DNA from: Myxococcota bacterium
GTDB taxonomy: Bacteria > Myxococcota_A > Polyangia > Nannocystales > Nannocystaceae
Direction of reading: 5' to 3'
Length of the DNA stretch: 64,000 bases
NCBI GenBank assembly: GCA_039028615.1
Contig: JBCCHT010000003.1
Coordinates: 224,001-288,000, forward strand
Shown: in pieces, positions 19,491 through 31,078 of the stretch
How positions within the stretch are numbered: position 1 is the first letter of the stretch
Layout: each line of letters opens with the position of its first letter
The notes under the pieces: generated by a model
Databases searched by the model: none
What the model saw: the letters and a program-made list of their open reading frames with translations, nothing else
Told to the model about the DNA's origin: nothing
Program-made: the position numbers and the translations under genes

Positions 19491-20429
19491 TCAGGCGCAG
19501 AGCCGAGTGACCACCGCGTCGACCCACGTGAGCAGGTCGGCCGTCACCTCATCGCGGTTGGTCTCGTTGAGCGTCTCGTGTCGCGCGTCCTCGTAGATCT
19601 TCAGGGTGACGTCGGTGAGACCCGCGCTGGCGTAGTCCTCGGCGAGCCCTCGGACCGAGGCTCCGTCGTCGCCCACGGGGTCGCGGCCCCCCGCGAACAA
19701 GTAGACCGGCAGCGACTTGGGCACGCGGGCCTGGTTTTCGCTGCGGGTGAAGACCGCGGTGGCGTCGAGCAGATCGATCCACAGCTGATTGGTGCACATG
19801 AAGCCGCTCAGGGGGTCGGCGATGTAGAGGTCGACCTCGTCTTCGTCGCGGGACAGCCAGTCGAACTCGGTGCGGTTGGGTTTGAACTTCTTGTTGAAGT
19901 CCTTGAAGGTCATCGCCTCGATGATGCTCGACTGGCCGTGGGCGCCCTGTCGCCAGCGTTCGAAGCGCGCGAGGAGGCGGCCGATCTTGGCGATGAACGG
20001 AGGCCGACCGTTGGTGCCCGACAGCACCGCCGCGTCGATGACCTCGGCGTGCTCGTACATGAACTGCTGGGTGAGCAGCGAGCCCATCGAGTGCCCCATC
20101 AAGATCGTCGGCAGACCGGGGTGGAGCTGTCGCTCCCGATCGATGTGGTCCCGTAGGTCCTGCACCGCCAACGCCCACCCGCCTTCGTCGGCGAAGTGCC
20201 CCTGAACCCACTTCCCGTCGATCGTGCGGCCGTGGCCGCGGTGATCGTTGGCATAGACGGCGATCCCCTTCTCCGTCAGCGCCTCGGCCACGCGCTCGTA
20301 GCGGGCGCCGTGCTCGGCCATGCCGTGGGCGATGTGCATCACCGCTCGGACCTCGCCATCGGGGAGCCAGCCGTAGACGTATCGCGGACACCCATCGGCC
20401 GCCGAGTGGGTGGTTGGGGATTTGCGCAT
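19491..20429 (-). CDS. Alpha/beta hydrolase, lysophospholipase/monoacylglycerol lipase family
   Basis: HGMAEHGARY, DHRGHG, GHSMG, DPVG, ARHETLNE. Confidence 0.92.
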   Translation of the reverse strand: MRKSPTTHSAADGCPRYVYGWLPDGEVRAVMHIAHGMAEHGARYERVAEALTEKGIAVYANDHRGHGRTIDGKWVQGHFADEGGWALAVQDLRDHIDRERQLHPGLPTILMGHSMGSLLTQQFMYEHAEVIDAAVLSGTNGRPPFIAKIGRLLARFERWRQGAHGQSSIIEAMTFKDFNKKFKPNRTEFDWLSRDEDEVDLYIADPLSGFMCTNQLWIDLLDATAVFTRSENQARVPKSLPVYLFAGGRDPVGDDGASVRGLAEDYASAGLTDVTLKIYEDARHETLNETNRDEVTADLLTWVDAVVTRLCA

Positions 20430-20490
20430 GCCGCATTCATACGGCCAATTCGAGGGGAGATCACGCGGGCGTTTTGCAGTACAAGGTTTC

Positions 20491-22182
20491 GTGCTCCACC
20501 GTGTACCCCGCAATCCGTGGTGGCTGGGCGTGGTGGGCATGCTGTTCGTGCTGCCGACGCTGGGCGCGGGCATCGTCTTCGACGACGTCCTCGTTCGCAT
20601 GCGCCGCGTCGCCAACCATCCCGCGTGGGGCGAGGCGCGGTGGTGGGACCTTTACACCTTTGCCGATCCCGCGTTGAACGAGGGGCTGCGGAGCGTGGGT
20701 TTTCACCCGTGGTGGGCCGATCCGCAGGTGCAGATGACCTTCTTTCGGCCACTGTCCTCGGCGACCCATGTGCTCGACTACGCGCTGTGGCCCGACGCGC
20801 CGTGGCTGCACCACGCCCATAGTGTGCTGTGGTACGGCGCCGCAGTGGTCGCGGTGGCGGCTCTGCTGCGTCGTCTCGATCCCGAGTGACCGGCCGTCAC
20901 CGCGCTGGCGGGGCTGCTCTTTGCGCTGAGCGTCGGGCACGTGACGGCGGGGGGCTGGGTGGCGGCGCGCAACATGTTCATCTGCACGGTGCTCGGGTGC
21001 GGTGTCGTCGGGCTGCACGTGCGAGGCCGCATCGGGTGGGCCACGGTCGTGCTCGTGATCGGCCTGCTCGCGGGTGAAGCTGCCCTGGCCGCGGTCGGCA
21101 TCGTGGTCGCGTGGCAGCTGTGCCTGGGCGAGCGGCGGCTGCGACCGCTGGTGCCCTACGCCATCGTCGTGATCGGGTGGCGGGTCGCGTATCGGCTCGC
21201 GGGGTTCGGCTCGGCGGCGACGAGCTGCTACGACGACCCCGGCTCCGACCTGCTGGGGGCCATCCGGGCGATCGCCATCCACCTGCCGTCCTTGCTCGGC
21301 GCGAAGTGGCTGCTGGTCCCCGTCGATATGTGGGCTTCGCTGCCGACCTCGATGCACGCCGTGGTGGCGGGCGGCTGTGCCGTGGCCATGCTCGGGCTGG
21401 CGTGGGCGTTTCGCCGCTTGCTACGCGAAGACGCCCACGCGCGCTTCTACGGACTGGCGATGGTGCTCGCCCTCGTGCCCTTCACCCTCACCATGCCGAT
21501 GGATCGCTTGGTGCTGTTCGGGAGCATCGGCGCGTCGGGACTACTGGCATTGGCGGCCGTGTCTCGGCTGGTCGCGCGACCGGTGGTGCTCGCATTGTTG
21601 GTGCTGCACCTGCCAGTGTCGCTCGCGTTCGGCCTGTTCCGCGGGGCGTTCATCGGTCCCACCATGGCCATGTTCACCAACGTGCTCGATCAGGCGCCCG
21701 CCGACGCCGAGGTGCCGCAGCAGACCTTCGTGAACCTCAACGGCACCTTTCATCGCGAGCACTACTTGCTGCTCATGCGACACACGGCGGCCGAGCCCGT
21801 ACCGCGGCGCAGCGTCGTATTGGCGCCGATGGTGGGCGACGTTCGAGTCATTCGAAAGGACGAACGTACGCTGGAGGTGACGCCAACGGATGGCTTCATG
21901 GCCATCGGCCTGGACCGGATCCACCGTCGCGACCCTCGGCTCGCGCTCGGGCACGTCGTGTCGCTGCCCGATGTCGACATCGAGGTGGTCGCGCTCACCG
22001 ATGACGGCCGCCCCGCCACCGTCACCGCCACGTTTCGCGTCCCGCTCGAGGACCCCTCGCTGCGCTGGCTGGTCACCGAGGCCTGCGACCCCGAGGCGTT
22101 CCCCGTCGAGGTCTGCACCCGCGAGCGCGAGCCCCCGGCGGTGGGGCAGACCGTGGACTTGCCCGCGGTCCGCCCCTTCTAG
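20491..22182 (+). pseudogene. GT-C-like (TMTC/O-mannosyltransferase-like) polytopic membrane protein interrupted by one in-frame TGA at 20887-20889
   Basis: ORFs 20410..20889 and 20941..22182 are in the same frame and read continuously across the stop (LDPE*PAVTALAGLLFAL); DD motif after TM1 and FFRPLS...LDYALW motif. Start position is uncertain. Confidence 0.7.
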
Positions 22183-22185
22183 CGG

Positions 22186-23508
<1,323 letters not shown>

Positions 23509-23793
23509 TGTCGTTTCCCCCGGGCCGCATGGGACAACTCTTCACGTCCTGCGGCGATTGGCATGGTGCCGCGGGCTCGCATGCGAGGCAAACGCGGACG
23601 CGCGAAAGCAGTTCGGTACGAGATTTCAGCGGCTTGGGCCCACGTGCGAAGATGTCGCGGCGGTGCATATGCGTTCGACGCCAGGTCGGGCGATTTCGCG
23701 GCGGGTCACCCAGCAAATCGCGGAATCGATCGGCTGCGATCGATCCGCCTCGCGTTGCCCGCGCGGATGCCTGCTAGGCTGAGCCGCAGCCGG

Positions 23794-24495
23794 ATGGAAC
23801 CAGCGGTACGCGAGGTGATCGATCGAGCGGCGGCCCGCCACGGTGGGTGGGAGCGCTGGCAGAACCTCGAGTCGATCACGCTGGACGTCGAATCGCTCGG
23901 CGGCATGGTCCCGTGGGTCAAGGGGCTCGGGCGGACCTTCCCGCAGATGGGACGATGCACCGTCGATCCACGCCGCCGGGTGCTCACCGCCCACGACTTT
24001 CCGAGCGCGGGGCAGTCCGTGGTGTTCGAGCGCGGCCGCATCGTGGGGGAGGAGCCCGACGACTATCGCCGACGCTTCGATGGCCTCGCCAAGCTGCGCC
24101 GCTGGACCCCGGCCGATGCGACGTACTTCTTCGGCTATGCGCTGACCCACTACTTGGCGCTGCCCTTTTCCTTGGCCGACGCGGACGTCGTCGAGCATCG
24201 ACCTCGGCGTGGCGCCTCGGGCTGCGATCGCCTCACGGTTCGCTATCCCCCCGGCGCACACACGCACGGGGAGATCGAGCGCTTCCACTTCGATGCCACC
24301 GGGCTGCTCGTGCGCCACGACTACCACGCCGAGATCCTCGGTCCAGGGACCCACGGTGCGCACTTCAGTCGGGACTACGTGGACGTCGACGGGCTGCCGA
24401 TCGCTCGGACCCGTCGCGTCGTGATGCGGCTGGGCTCGTGGGCGACGCCGATCCCCGTGCTGACGGCGTCGCTCCTGCCCCTCGAGTGCCGCTAG
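23794..24495 (+). CDS. Hypothetical protein
   Basis: ATG at 23794 (MEPAVREVIDRAAARHGGWERW); protein-like composition, YFFGYAL and FHFDATGLLVRHDY segments. Confidence 0.75.
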   Translation: MEPAVREVIDRAAARHGGWERWQNLESITLDVESLGGMVPWVKGLGRTFPQMGRCTVDPRRRVLTAHDFPSAGQSVVFERGRIVGEEPDDYRRRFDGLAKLRRWTPADATYFFGYALTHYLALPFSLADADVVEHRPRRGASGCDRLTVRYPPGAHTHGEIERFHFDATGLLVRHDYHAEILGPGTHGAHFSRDYVDVDGLPIARTRRVVMRLGSWATPIPVLTASLLPLECR

Positions 24496-24908
24496 GGCAC
24501 GCCGGCCGCGAGCCACTGCTCGAGCAGATCGAGTTCTTCTGGCGAGGGCCCGCCCGCGGGCGGCATGGTGGGCGAGTCGCCCGAGGCCCGAGCCTCGATG
24601 CGGTCGGCCAGCGCTTCCACGTCGTCCCGATCGTCGAAGTCGATGCCCTCGGGTGCGCCGCTGCGAGCATCCCCGGTCAGCTCGGACGAATGGCAGCCGC
24701 GGCACCAGTTGCGGATGAACGCGTCGCCGAAGTTCTCGTAGGTCACCAGCTCGGTGTCTTCGCCGCCCGAGCTGCCATCGGCCGCGCCGGTCTCGGCCGC
24801 CCCGGACGAACCCCCGAGGTCGTCGGGCGGCGTGGTCTCACCGCGGCAGGCGACCACGGACAGTGTGAGAGCGAGCGTGCAAATCCAAGTTTTAGGTCCA
24901 AAGGGCAT
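24492..24908 (-). CDS. Small c-type cytochrome-like lipoprotein
   Basis: Lipobox VVAC; heme motif CRGCH; MPP distal motif. Confidence 0.8.
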   Translation of the reverse strand: MPFGPKTWICTLALTLSVVACRGETTPPDDLGGSSGAAETGAADGSSGGEDTELVTYENFGDAFIRNWCRGCHSSELTGDARSGAPEGIDFDDRDDVEALADRIEARASGDSPTMPPAGGPSPEELDLLEQWLAAGVP

Positions 24909-26157
24909 GCAGAGCGTCTCTTTCGTAGCGGGCGGCGGTATTGCTGGCGCCGAGCATTTCGGCGACGCCGCGGAGCACGTGTTCGGAGTGCAGGGTCACG
25001 CCGTCGGCGGACTGGGCTCCGGTCTGGAGGTCGATGGGCAGCGGCTTGAGCCACTCGTCGGTGTGCCCCAGCGCCCGGCCCCCCCGGACGCTGGGGCCCA
25101 CCACCATGGCACTGGTCCATGGCCAATGGTCCTTGCCCCCTTGGCTGTTGTGACGTGGCGTTCGGCCCATCTCGGAGATGGCGAGCACCACGGTCTCCTC
25201 GAGAACCCCCCGGGCCTCGAGCGCGGCCATCATCGCGTTCATACCCGCGAAGAAGCCCTCGTGAGCCTCGGCTTGCGACGCGTTGTAGCCGTGCGTGTCC
25301 CAGAACAAGTCCGGCTGCACGAGCGCGACCTGACTGAGGCCTTCGGCGAAGGCCCCCGCCACGTGATCCCAGGGCGCCTCGGTCTCCTCGAACAGAGCGT
25401 AGTCCGAGAGCACGCCGCCCTGGCGCGCCGCGGCCTGGAGCTGCTCGACGCGGCGCAGGCTCGCGAGGTAGTCGGCCATGCGTCGGGCGGTGAGCTCGGT
25501 GCCGGGCATGTCGGCCATGCGTTGCCCGCGAGACTCGAGGTACGCGGTCATGGCCGCTCGCTCGGCCGCGTTGGGCGACAGGCCGGCGTCGGGAGTGGCC
25601 TGGCCCGGCTGCGGCCAGCCGAAGTCGGGGGTGGCCAGCGCCATCAGCTGGTTGGTGTCGCCGAACTGACCCGCCTGCGCGGCGTGGCCGTAGGTCTTGG
25701 CGTGCGGCGAAAGGGCCAGGTAGGGCAGGGCCAGCGAGGAGCCGAGCTCGTCCGCCACCTGCGAGCCGAGGTCGGGGTCGTCGCCCAGGCGCCCGGTCAT
25801 CATGACCTTGACGCAGCTTTCGTGGGCGAGGGACTCGACGGAGATGCCGTTGACGACCGCGGTGCGTGACGCCCATTGGGTGAAGAAGTCGGTCACCGCC
25901 GGGCGATCGGCGTGGGTCCAGATCGGCAGGTCACCGAACATCTGCACGTCGCCCGGGATCATGTCGACCTCGGGGGAGTCGGGCTTGGGGTCGAGGGTCC
26001 AGGTGGGGTCCCAGCCGCCGTAGGCGACCATCACCACCAGCTTGCACGTACGGTCACCCGTTCCGCGGGCGGAGGCCGAGGAGCTGCCGCGCAGCCCCAG
26101 GGCTCCCAGCAGAGATCCGGCGGCGCCGAGTCGGAGAAAGTTCCTTCGCGAAGTCAT
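24892..26157 (-). CDS. DUF1501-family Tat-exported protein
   Basis: SRRNFL Tat signal; GGWD, WDTH, SEMGRTP...GKDHW motifs. Confidence 0.88.
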   Translation of the reverse strand: MTSRRNFLRLGAAGSLLGALGLRGSSSASARGTGDRTCKLVVMVAYGGWDPTWTLDPKPDSPEVDMIPGDVQMFGDLPIWTHADRPAVTDFFTQWASRTAVVNGISVESLAHESCVKVMMTGRLGDDPDLGSQVADELGSSLALPYLALSPHAKTYGHAAQAGQFGDTNQLMALATPDFGWPQPGQATPDAGLSPNAAERAAMTAYLESRGQRMADMPGTELTARRMADYLASLRRVEQLQAAARQGGVLSDYALFEETEAPWDHVAGAFAEGLSQVALVQPDLFWDTHGYNASQAEAHEGFFAGMNAMMAALEARGVLEETVVLAISEMGRTPRHNSQGGKDHWPWTSAMVVGPSVRGGRALGHTDEWLKPLPIDLQTGAQSADGVTLHSEHVLRGVAEMLGASNTAARYERDALHALWT

Positions 26158-26184
26158 GGCTGTTTCGTCCGTTCGTGGCAGGGG

Positions 26185-27945
26185 CTAGTAGTAGAGGACC
26201 GCCGGGTCCTGGAGGAGCGCGGCGAGGGTGATCTCCCAGGCGCGACGGCCATCACCGCTGGCCTCCCAGGCGGCGAGGTACAGCGCCTCGCTGTCGTCGA
26301 GCGCGGGGTCGCCCCCTTGCACGCGCTCGCCTAACAAGCGCAGGTGCAGGGCGATGAGCTGCTCGCGGACGGCATCCGGGTCGCCGTCGATGGCATTGGG
26401 CACGGAGATCAAGGCCCCGTCGCCGCCCGCCCCTTCGACCGCGGTGCGGGCCGAGCGTTCGGCCAGGGCCCGCAGCACCAACAGCGAGCCGGGGTCGGCC
26501 GTGCGCAGGTGGGTGGTGGTGTCGAAGTTGTTGGGCCCGCCCGCGAGGGTGCGATAGCCCCACAGGTAGTCGCGCATCAGCGGGACCTCGCCCACCGTGC
26601 CCACGCCCAGGTCGAAGTCGACCTGCGCCATCCAGCGGAAGCCGGTCAGGTCGAGCATGAGCGTGTCGAGCTGCTGCGGTGTGGCGCGGCGCACCACGAC
26701 CGGGGCCGCGTCGGCCTCCATGCCCGGCTCGGCCCGAACCGCGCCGTACTCCTCCGAGCGCACGATGGCCCGCACCAGCGAGCGCACGTTCATGTCGGTT
26801 CCGGTGAAGACCGGCAGGTAGCGAGCGATGGCCTCCTGCGGCACCTCCTCGACGGGCACGTGCATCAGCTCCGAGTAGAAGCGCCGCACCGCGCAGATCG
26901 AAAAGCGCGGGTCCTCGGCGATGAGCTGGCCCAGGTGGCGAAGGTCGGTGACGGGCACGCCGTACCAGGCGGGCGGCTCGTAGTCCTGGGCGACCTCGGG
27001 CGTGTACTGGACCAGCGGGTAGCTCGTCTCGTAGCCGGGCAGGCGCAGGCCGTAGTGCACCGAGAAGGCCGAGGCCAGCGGGTCGAGGGTCTGGTGGCAC
27101 CCCACGCAGACGTCGTTGTCTTCGATGGCGTTGGCGATGGCCGCCTCGTCGGTGAGGTCGATGTCGGGCGGGATGACGACGGGGCGCCCCGGGTAGTCGT
27201 GGCAGACGAGCGAGTTCGCGACGAGGGCCGCACGCTCGCGGTTGCGGTTGTTCTCGGTGCTCGGCATGCGGGTGAAGACCCAGCCGTCCGAGAGCACCCC
27301 CGCCAGCGGACGGCCGTCTTCGTAGGTCGTCACCTGCCAGCCGCTGCTGTTCCAGTCGTAGGAGAGGCCCCACACGGTGGCCACGATCTCGTCGGCCAGC
27401 GTGTAGTCGGCCGTCACCACCTCGGACCAGGGGCGATCGTTGTCCACGATGTACTCGGCGAGCCGACCCGGGGCCTCGATGACCGAGGTGTTGAGCATGT
27501 GCGTGGGCACCCCCGCCAGGTCGTCCACCGCGGGGAAGCCCGCGGGATAGACGTCGGGCGCCTGATCGAGCTCCATCCACTCGGTGAAGTGCTGGCGCAC
27601 CATGGCCGTGAACGCGGGCTGCTGGAGGTACTCGTCGACGATCGAGTCGTACGCGGCCGGGTCTTGCGCGACCGCGTCGTACTCGGCCACCGAGGGCCTC
27701 GTGCCTCGCAGCGACATGCTGGCGCGGAGCAGGCGTCGCTCGGGGGTCAGGGGCTCGTACTCGACCTCGGGCACCCCGCTGACGGTGGGCGGCGGAGGAT
27801 CGGTGGTCGCCCCGTCGTCTTCGGCGGAGGGGTTGTTCGAGCTGCCGCCGCTCTGGTTGCACGCGGCCATGCCGAGCGCGAGCCCGAGGGCGAGCGAGCG
27901 CATGATGGGACGCCGACGACGCCCCATGGGGAAGATTGAGTTCAT
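26185..27945 (-). CDS. DUF1585/DUF1588/DUF1592-type lipoprotein with heme-binding motif
   Basis: Lipobox MAAC; LLRASMSLRGTRPS; CVGCHQTLDP; FSICAVRRF; adjacent to a DUF1501 gene as is typical. Confidence 0.8.
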   Translation of the reverse strand: MNSIFPMGRRRRPIMRSLALGLALGMAACNQSGGSSNNPSAEDDGATTDPPPPTVSGVPEVEYEPLTPERRLLRASMSLRGTRPSVAEYDAVAQDPAAYDSIVDEYLQQPAFTAMVRQHFTEWMELDQAPDVYPAGFPAVDDLAGVPTHMLNTSVIEAPGRLAEYIVDNDRPWSEVVTADYTLADEIVATVWGLSYDWNSSGWQVTTYEDGRPLAGVLSDGWVFTRMPSTENNRNRERAALVANSLVCHDYPGRPVVIPPDIDLTDEAAIANAIEDNDVCVGCHQTLDPLASAFSVHYGLRLPGYETSYPLVQYTPEVAQDYEPPAWYGVPVTDLRHLGQLIAEDPRFSICAVRRFYSELMHVPVEEVPQEAIARYLPVFTGTDMNVRSLVRAIVRSEEYGAVRAEPGMEADAAPVVVRRATPQQLDTLMLDLTGFRWMAQVDFDLGVGTVGEVPLMRDYLWGYRTLAGGPNNFDTTTHLRTADPGSLLVLRALAERSARTAVEGAGGDGALISVPNAIDGDPDAVREQLIALHLRLLGERVQGGDPALDDSEALYLAAWEASGDGRRAWEITLAALLQDPAVLYY

Positions 27946-27993
27946 TGGGTTGCTCCGCTCGTTCGGATCGCAGTCAGGGCATCGAGGGCGGCA

Positions 27994-28551
27994 TCATCCA
28001 GCCGCGAGACCTCGGGTCAGAGTCCTCATGATCAAGTCGGTGACATCGTTGGGGGCGACGCTTCCGTCGCTCACCGTGTTCCAGGCGGCGTAGATCAGCG
28101 CATCGATGGTGGCGACGATCCACGCGACGGAGACCTCGGGGGCGAACATGCCTTCATCGCGAGCGGCCACGACCAGCTCGCGGAGTTGTTCGCCCTGGCG
28201 GCGCAGCTGGGCGGCGATGGGTCCGTCGTCGCGCTCGCTGATGTTCTGGTACGACAAGAACGCATAGCGAGAGCCCAGAGGTACGATGGCTTCGAGCGTC
28301 TGCCGCAACGACACGCTCGCCGCTTGGTTGTAGTAGTCGATGTGCGAGCACGCCTCGTCGGTCTGATCGAGGGCATGCTTGGCGAGCGTCTGGACGAGGT
28401 CGTCGCGGGACTTGAAGTGCCGATGCAACGTGGCTCGACCCACCCCGGCCGCGGTCGCGATGTCGGCCAAGGTTGCGCGGGGCTTGCGGGACAACACCTC
28501 GGCCGCTGCATCGAGCAGTGCCGTTCGGGTCCGGTCGGAGCGCGCCGCCAT
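27994..28551 (-). CDS. TetR/AcrR-family transcriptional regulator
   Basis: ATLADIATAAGVGRATLHRHFKSRDDL helix-turn-helix. Confidence 0.93.
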   Translation of the reverse strand: MAARSDRTRTALLDAAAEVLSRKPRATLADIATAAGVGRATLHRHFKSRDDLVQTLAKHALDQTDEACSHIDYYNQAASVSLRQTLEAIVPLGSRYAFLSYQNISERDDGPIAAQLRRQGEQLRELVVAARDEGMFAPEVSVAWIVATIDALIYAAWNTVSDGSVAPNDVTDLIMRTLTRGLAAG

Positions 28552-28592
28552 TGAGACAAGAAAGTATCATTTGAGACTTCGGTGTCAATCAA
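28552..28592. promoter_or_regulatory. Putative TetR autoregulatory operator(s)
   Basis: Imperfect inverted repeat TGAGAC-N6-GTATCA abutting the start codon, with TTGAGAC repeated 20 bp away, in an AT-rich spacer. Confidence 0.45.
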
Positions 28593-28746
28593 GTTAGATA
28601 GTGCAAAACGATCGAGACAAAATTCGAATATGGCATGCTATCTGCCTACAGAAGGCCGATAGTGGCAATTTGCAACGCTCGATCACACGAGCGTTACGAG
28701 CGCTATTCCGCCTCGACGAGGGTCGACAGCCGCGGCGGGCTCCGGT

Positions 28747-29379
28747 TCAGGCGGAGGCGCTGGGTCGAGCCGACACGGCGTCGTACCAGCGCTGCACGTG
28801 GGCCGGCAGCTCGGGCTTCATGCGCTTGGCGAAGTCGATGGCGACCAGCAAACAGATGTCGACATAACCGAACTGCTCGCCGAGCAAGAACGGCCGCGAC
28901 TCGAGCTGGCCATCGACGCGCTGGAGCAGCCGGGCGAGCAAGCGCTGCGCGTGGTCTCCCAGCGCGGGCACCTGCGGGAAGCCCTCGCGCACGCCCGGAA
29001 TGGCTCGGTCGACGAACCCGGGATGGGTATTGCGCAGGAACATCGCGGCGGCTTGGTAGCCCTCGAGATCGATCCGACGACTCCACTCCACGACCAGCGC
29101 TCGCTCGTAGGCATCGCGACCCATCAGCGGCGGCTCGGGATGGGTGCCTTCGAAGTAGTGGCAGATCGCATGCGAGTCGGCGATCGTCCGTCCGTCCTCG
29201 AGCACCAAGGTCGGCACCGTGCTCTCGGGATTGACCGCCCGGTACTCCGCGGAGAAGTGCTCGCCCGTGGACAGGTCGACGGTGACGCGCGGGACTTCGA
29301 TGCCTTTTTCGGCGAGGAAGATCCGAACGCGGCGAGGGCTGGGAGGACGGGGGGCGTCGTAGAGGCGGAGCTCGGCCAC
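28747..29379 (-). CDS. Glutathione S-transferase family protein
   Basis: PSPRRVRIFLAEKG, NPESTVPTL, DSHAICHY, FLLGEQF..VDI. Confidence 0.92.
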   Translation of the reverse strand: MAELRLYDAPRPPSPRRVRIFLAEKGIEVPRVTVDLSTGEHFSAEYRAVNPESTVPTLVLEDGRTIADSHAICHYFEGTHPEPPLMGRDAYERALVVEWSRRIDLEGYQAAAMFLRNTHPGFVDRAIPGVREGFPQVPALGDHAQRLLARLLQRVDGQLESRPFLLGEQFGYVDICLLVAIDFAKRMKPELPAHVQRWYDAVSARPSASA

Positions 29380-29441
29380 GGGGTCGAGACAGTAGCAGGC
29401 GTGGCGGCGCCAGGGGTCGGCGTCGCCGCCGGCTCGGCTGC

Positions 29442-29876
29442 ATGGGCTCTGGTACGGTGAGCGCCGTGTCGCCCGCCGTCGAACCCCGCGTGGTCAAGCC
29501 CGGCTTTCATGCGCGGGTCTATGCCGTGGTCCGCCAGGTGCCGCCCGGCTACGTGACGACCTACGGGCAAGTGGCTGCGCTGCTCGGCTCGCCACGCGTC
29601 GCTCGGCACGTCGGTTTTGCCATGGCCGCATGCGCACAGACCGATGAGCCCGTGCCCTGGCATCGGGTGATCAACTCGCGGGGGGAAATCTCGGACCGGG
29701 GTGATCCGGGGCGCTTCAACGAGCAACGCGAGCTGCTCGAAGACGAGGGCGTCGAGTTCAACGCGCGCGGCCGCGTGGACCTGAAGCGGTTTCGCTACGA
29801 GTTCCCCAACTTCAAGCGGCCCCCCGATCCGGCGGCACCCGAGAAGAAGCGGCGCGCTCGCAAGACGAGCCGCTAG
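29442..29876 (+). CDS. Alkyltransferase-like (ATL/YbaZ) MGMT-family protein
   Basis: VPPGYVTTYGQVA...ARHVG...PWHRV (Trp replaces the catalytic Cys); start uncertain. Confidence 0.9.
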   Translation: MGSGTVSAVSPAVEPRVVKPGFHARVYAVVRQVPPGYVTTYGQVAALLGSPRVARHVGFAMAACAQTDEPVPWHRVINSRGEISDRGDPGRFNEQRELLEDEGVEFNARGRVDLKRFRYEFPNFKRPPDPAAPEKKRRARKTSR

Positions 29877-29885
29877 TCGTCGTCG

Positions 29886-29922
29886 AAAAGCGGGCCGCGA
29901 CCCCCGAAGGGATCGCGGCCCG
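29886..29922 (-). terminator. Probable intrinsic terminator between convergent genes
   Basis: CGGGCCGCGA...TCGCGGCCCG stem, with AAAA on the + strand 5' side (short U-tract on minus). Confidence 0.6.
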
Positions 29923-29941
29923 GAGGGATTGCCACGGGGGA

Positions 29942-30748
29942 TCAGGCCGGGGCGCAGCCGTCGAGGATCTCGTCGCACACTTCGATGGGCTCCCCCGCAT
30001 CGACACACGCGATGAACTCCTCCTCGCAGCCGCCCTCGGGCGGAGGCTCTCCCGGGCCTCCGGGTCCCTCGGGCTCGCCCGGATCTTCGCAGTACATCAG
30101 GATCTCGTCGCACAGCTCGATGGGCTCACCCGCGTCGAGGCACGCCACGAACTCGTCCTCGCACTCCTTGGTGGGCGGCGGCGGCTCGTCGGGACCACCG
30201 CCGGGCTCGCCCGGGTGACACGCCTCGAGGATCTCCTCGCAGACCTCGGGCGGGTTGCCCTCGTCGAGGCAGGTGAAGAACTCGTCGTGGCAGGCGTCGT
30301 CGACGGGCGGGTCTTCGCAGCCGTCGTCGCCCCAACCATCGTCCTCGCCGCCGCCCCAGCACTCGTCGAACGCGGCGAAGCACTCGTCTTCGGAGGCCGC
30401 GGGATCGGCCAGGCACTCGTCGAGCACCAGCTCGCACTCGTCGGGCTCGCCGGGACCGTCGTCGGCTCCCGCGTCGCCACCTTCGTCGCCCCAGCCGTCG
30501 TCGTCGCCCCAGCAGGCATCGAACGCATCGGCACAGTCGTCGGGGTCGTTGCCTTCGCCCTCCAGGCAAGCCTCGAACTCGGCCTCGCACTCGTCGGGTT
30601 CACCGGGCTCGCCGGGTTCCTCACCGCCGTCGTCGCCCGCATCACCGCCGGGCAGGTCGGGCTCGGGAAACTCGAAATCACAGCCGCTCGCCAGCGTCAG
30701 CGGCAAAACAAAGGTCATCAGGCTCGAAACGGAAAAGAGTCTCTTCAT
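29942..30748 (-). CDS. Acidic lipoprotein with five CX6C-X9/10-CX6C repeats
   Basis: Lipobox LASGC; AAGGAAG upstream of ATG; repeats visible in translation. Confidence 0.82.
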   Translation of the reverse strand: MKRLFSVSSLMTFVLPLTLASGCDFEFPEPDLPGGDAGDDGGEEPGEPGEPDECEAEFEACLEGEGNDPDDCADAFDACWGDDDGWGDEGGDAGADDGPGEPDECELVLDECLADPAASEDECFAAFDECWGGGEDDGWGDDGCEDPPVDDACHDEFFTCLDEGNPPEVCEEILEACHPGEPGGGPDEPPPPTKECEDEFVACLDAGEPIELCDEILMYCEDPGEPEGPGGPGEPPPEGGCEEEFIACVDAGEPIEVCDEILDGCAPA

Positions 30749-31078
30749 GGCTCGTCGTTCTTCCTTGGCGCGACACCACCCGTCGCTCCAGCGTCGCAGC
30801 GCACCTCGGGGGGGGGTCGTCCGCGGATCTCGACGTCGGTGGGGTGACTCGAGGTCCGCGGCCGACTCGAGGTCCCGTTTCCCGTGGGGTGGGTCGGGGC
30901 TCGGCGTCTGCGGCTGGCGGGCAGCGTCGTTACGCCAGGTCCTTTCCGCGACTGACCTCGGCATTACATCGGCGCGTGACTTTTTATCGACGTTTTGTCG
31001 CGGTTATGGCTGTGCCTAGAACACTTCGCGGTGCACACGAAGGTGCAGGTGCGACAGGGGATCGGGCGCGATGGCATC

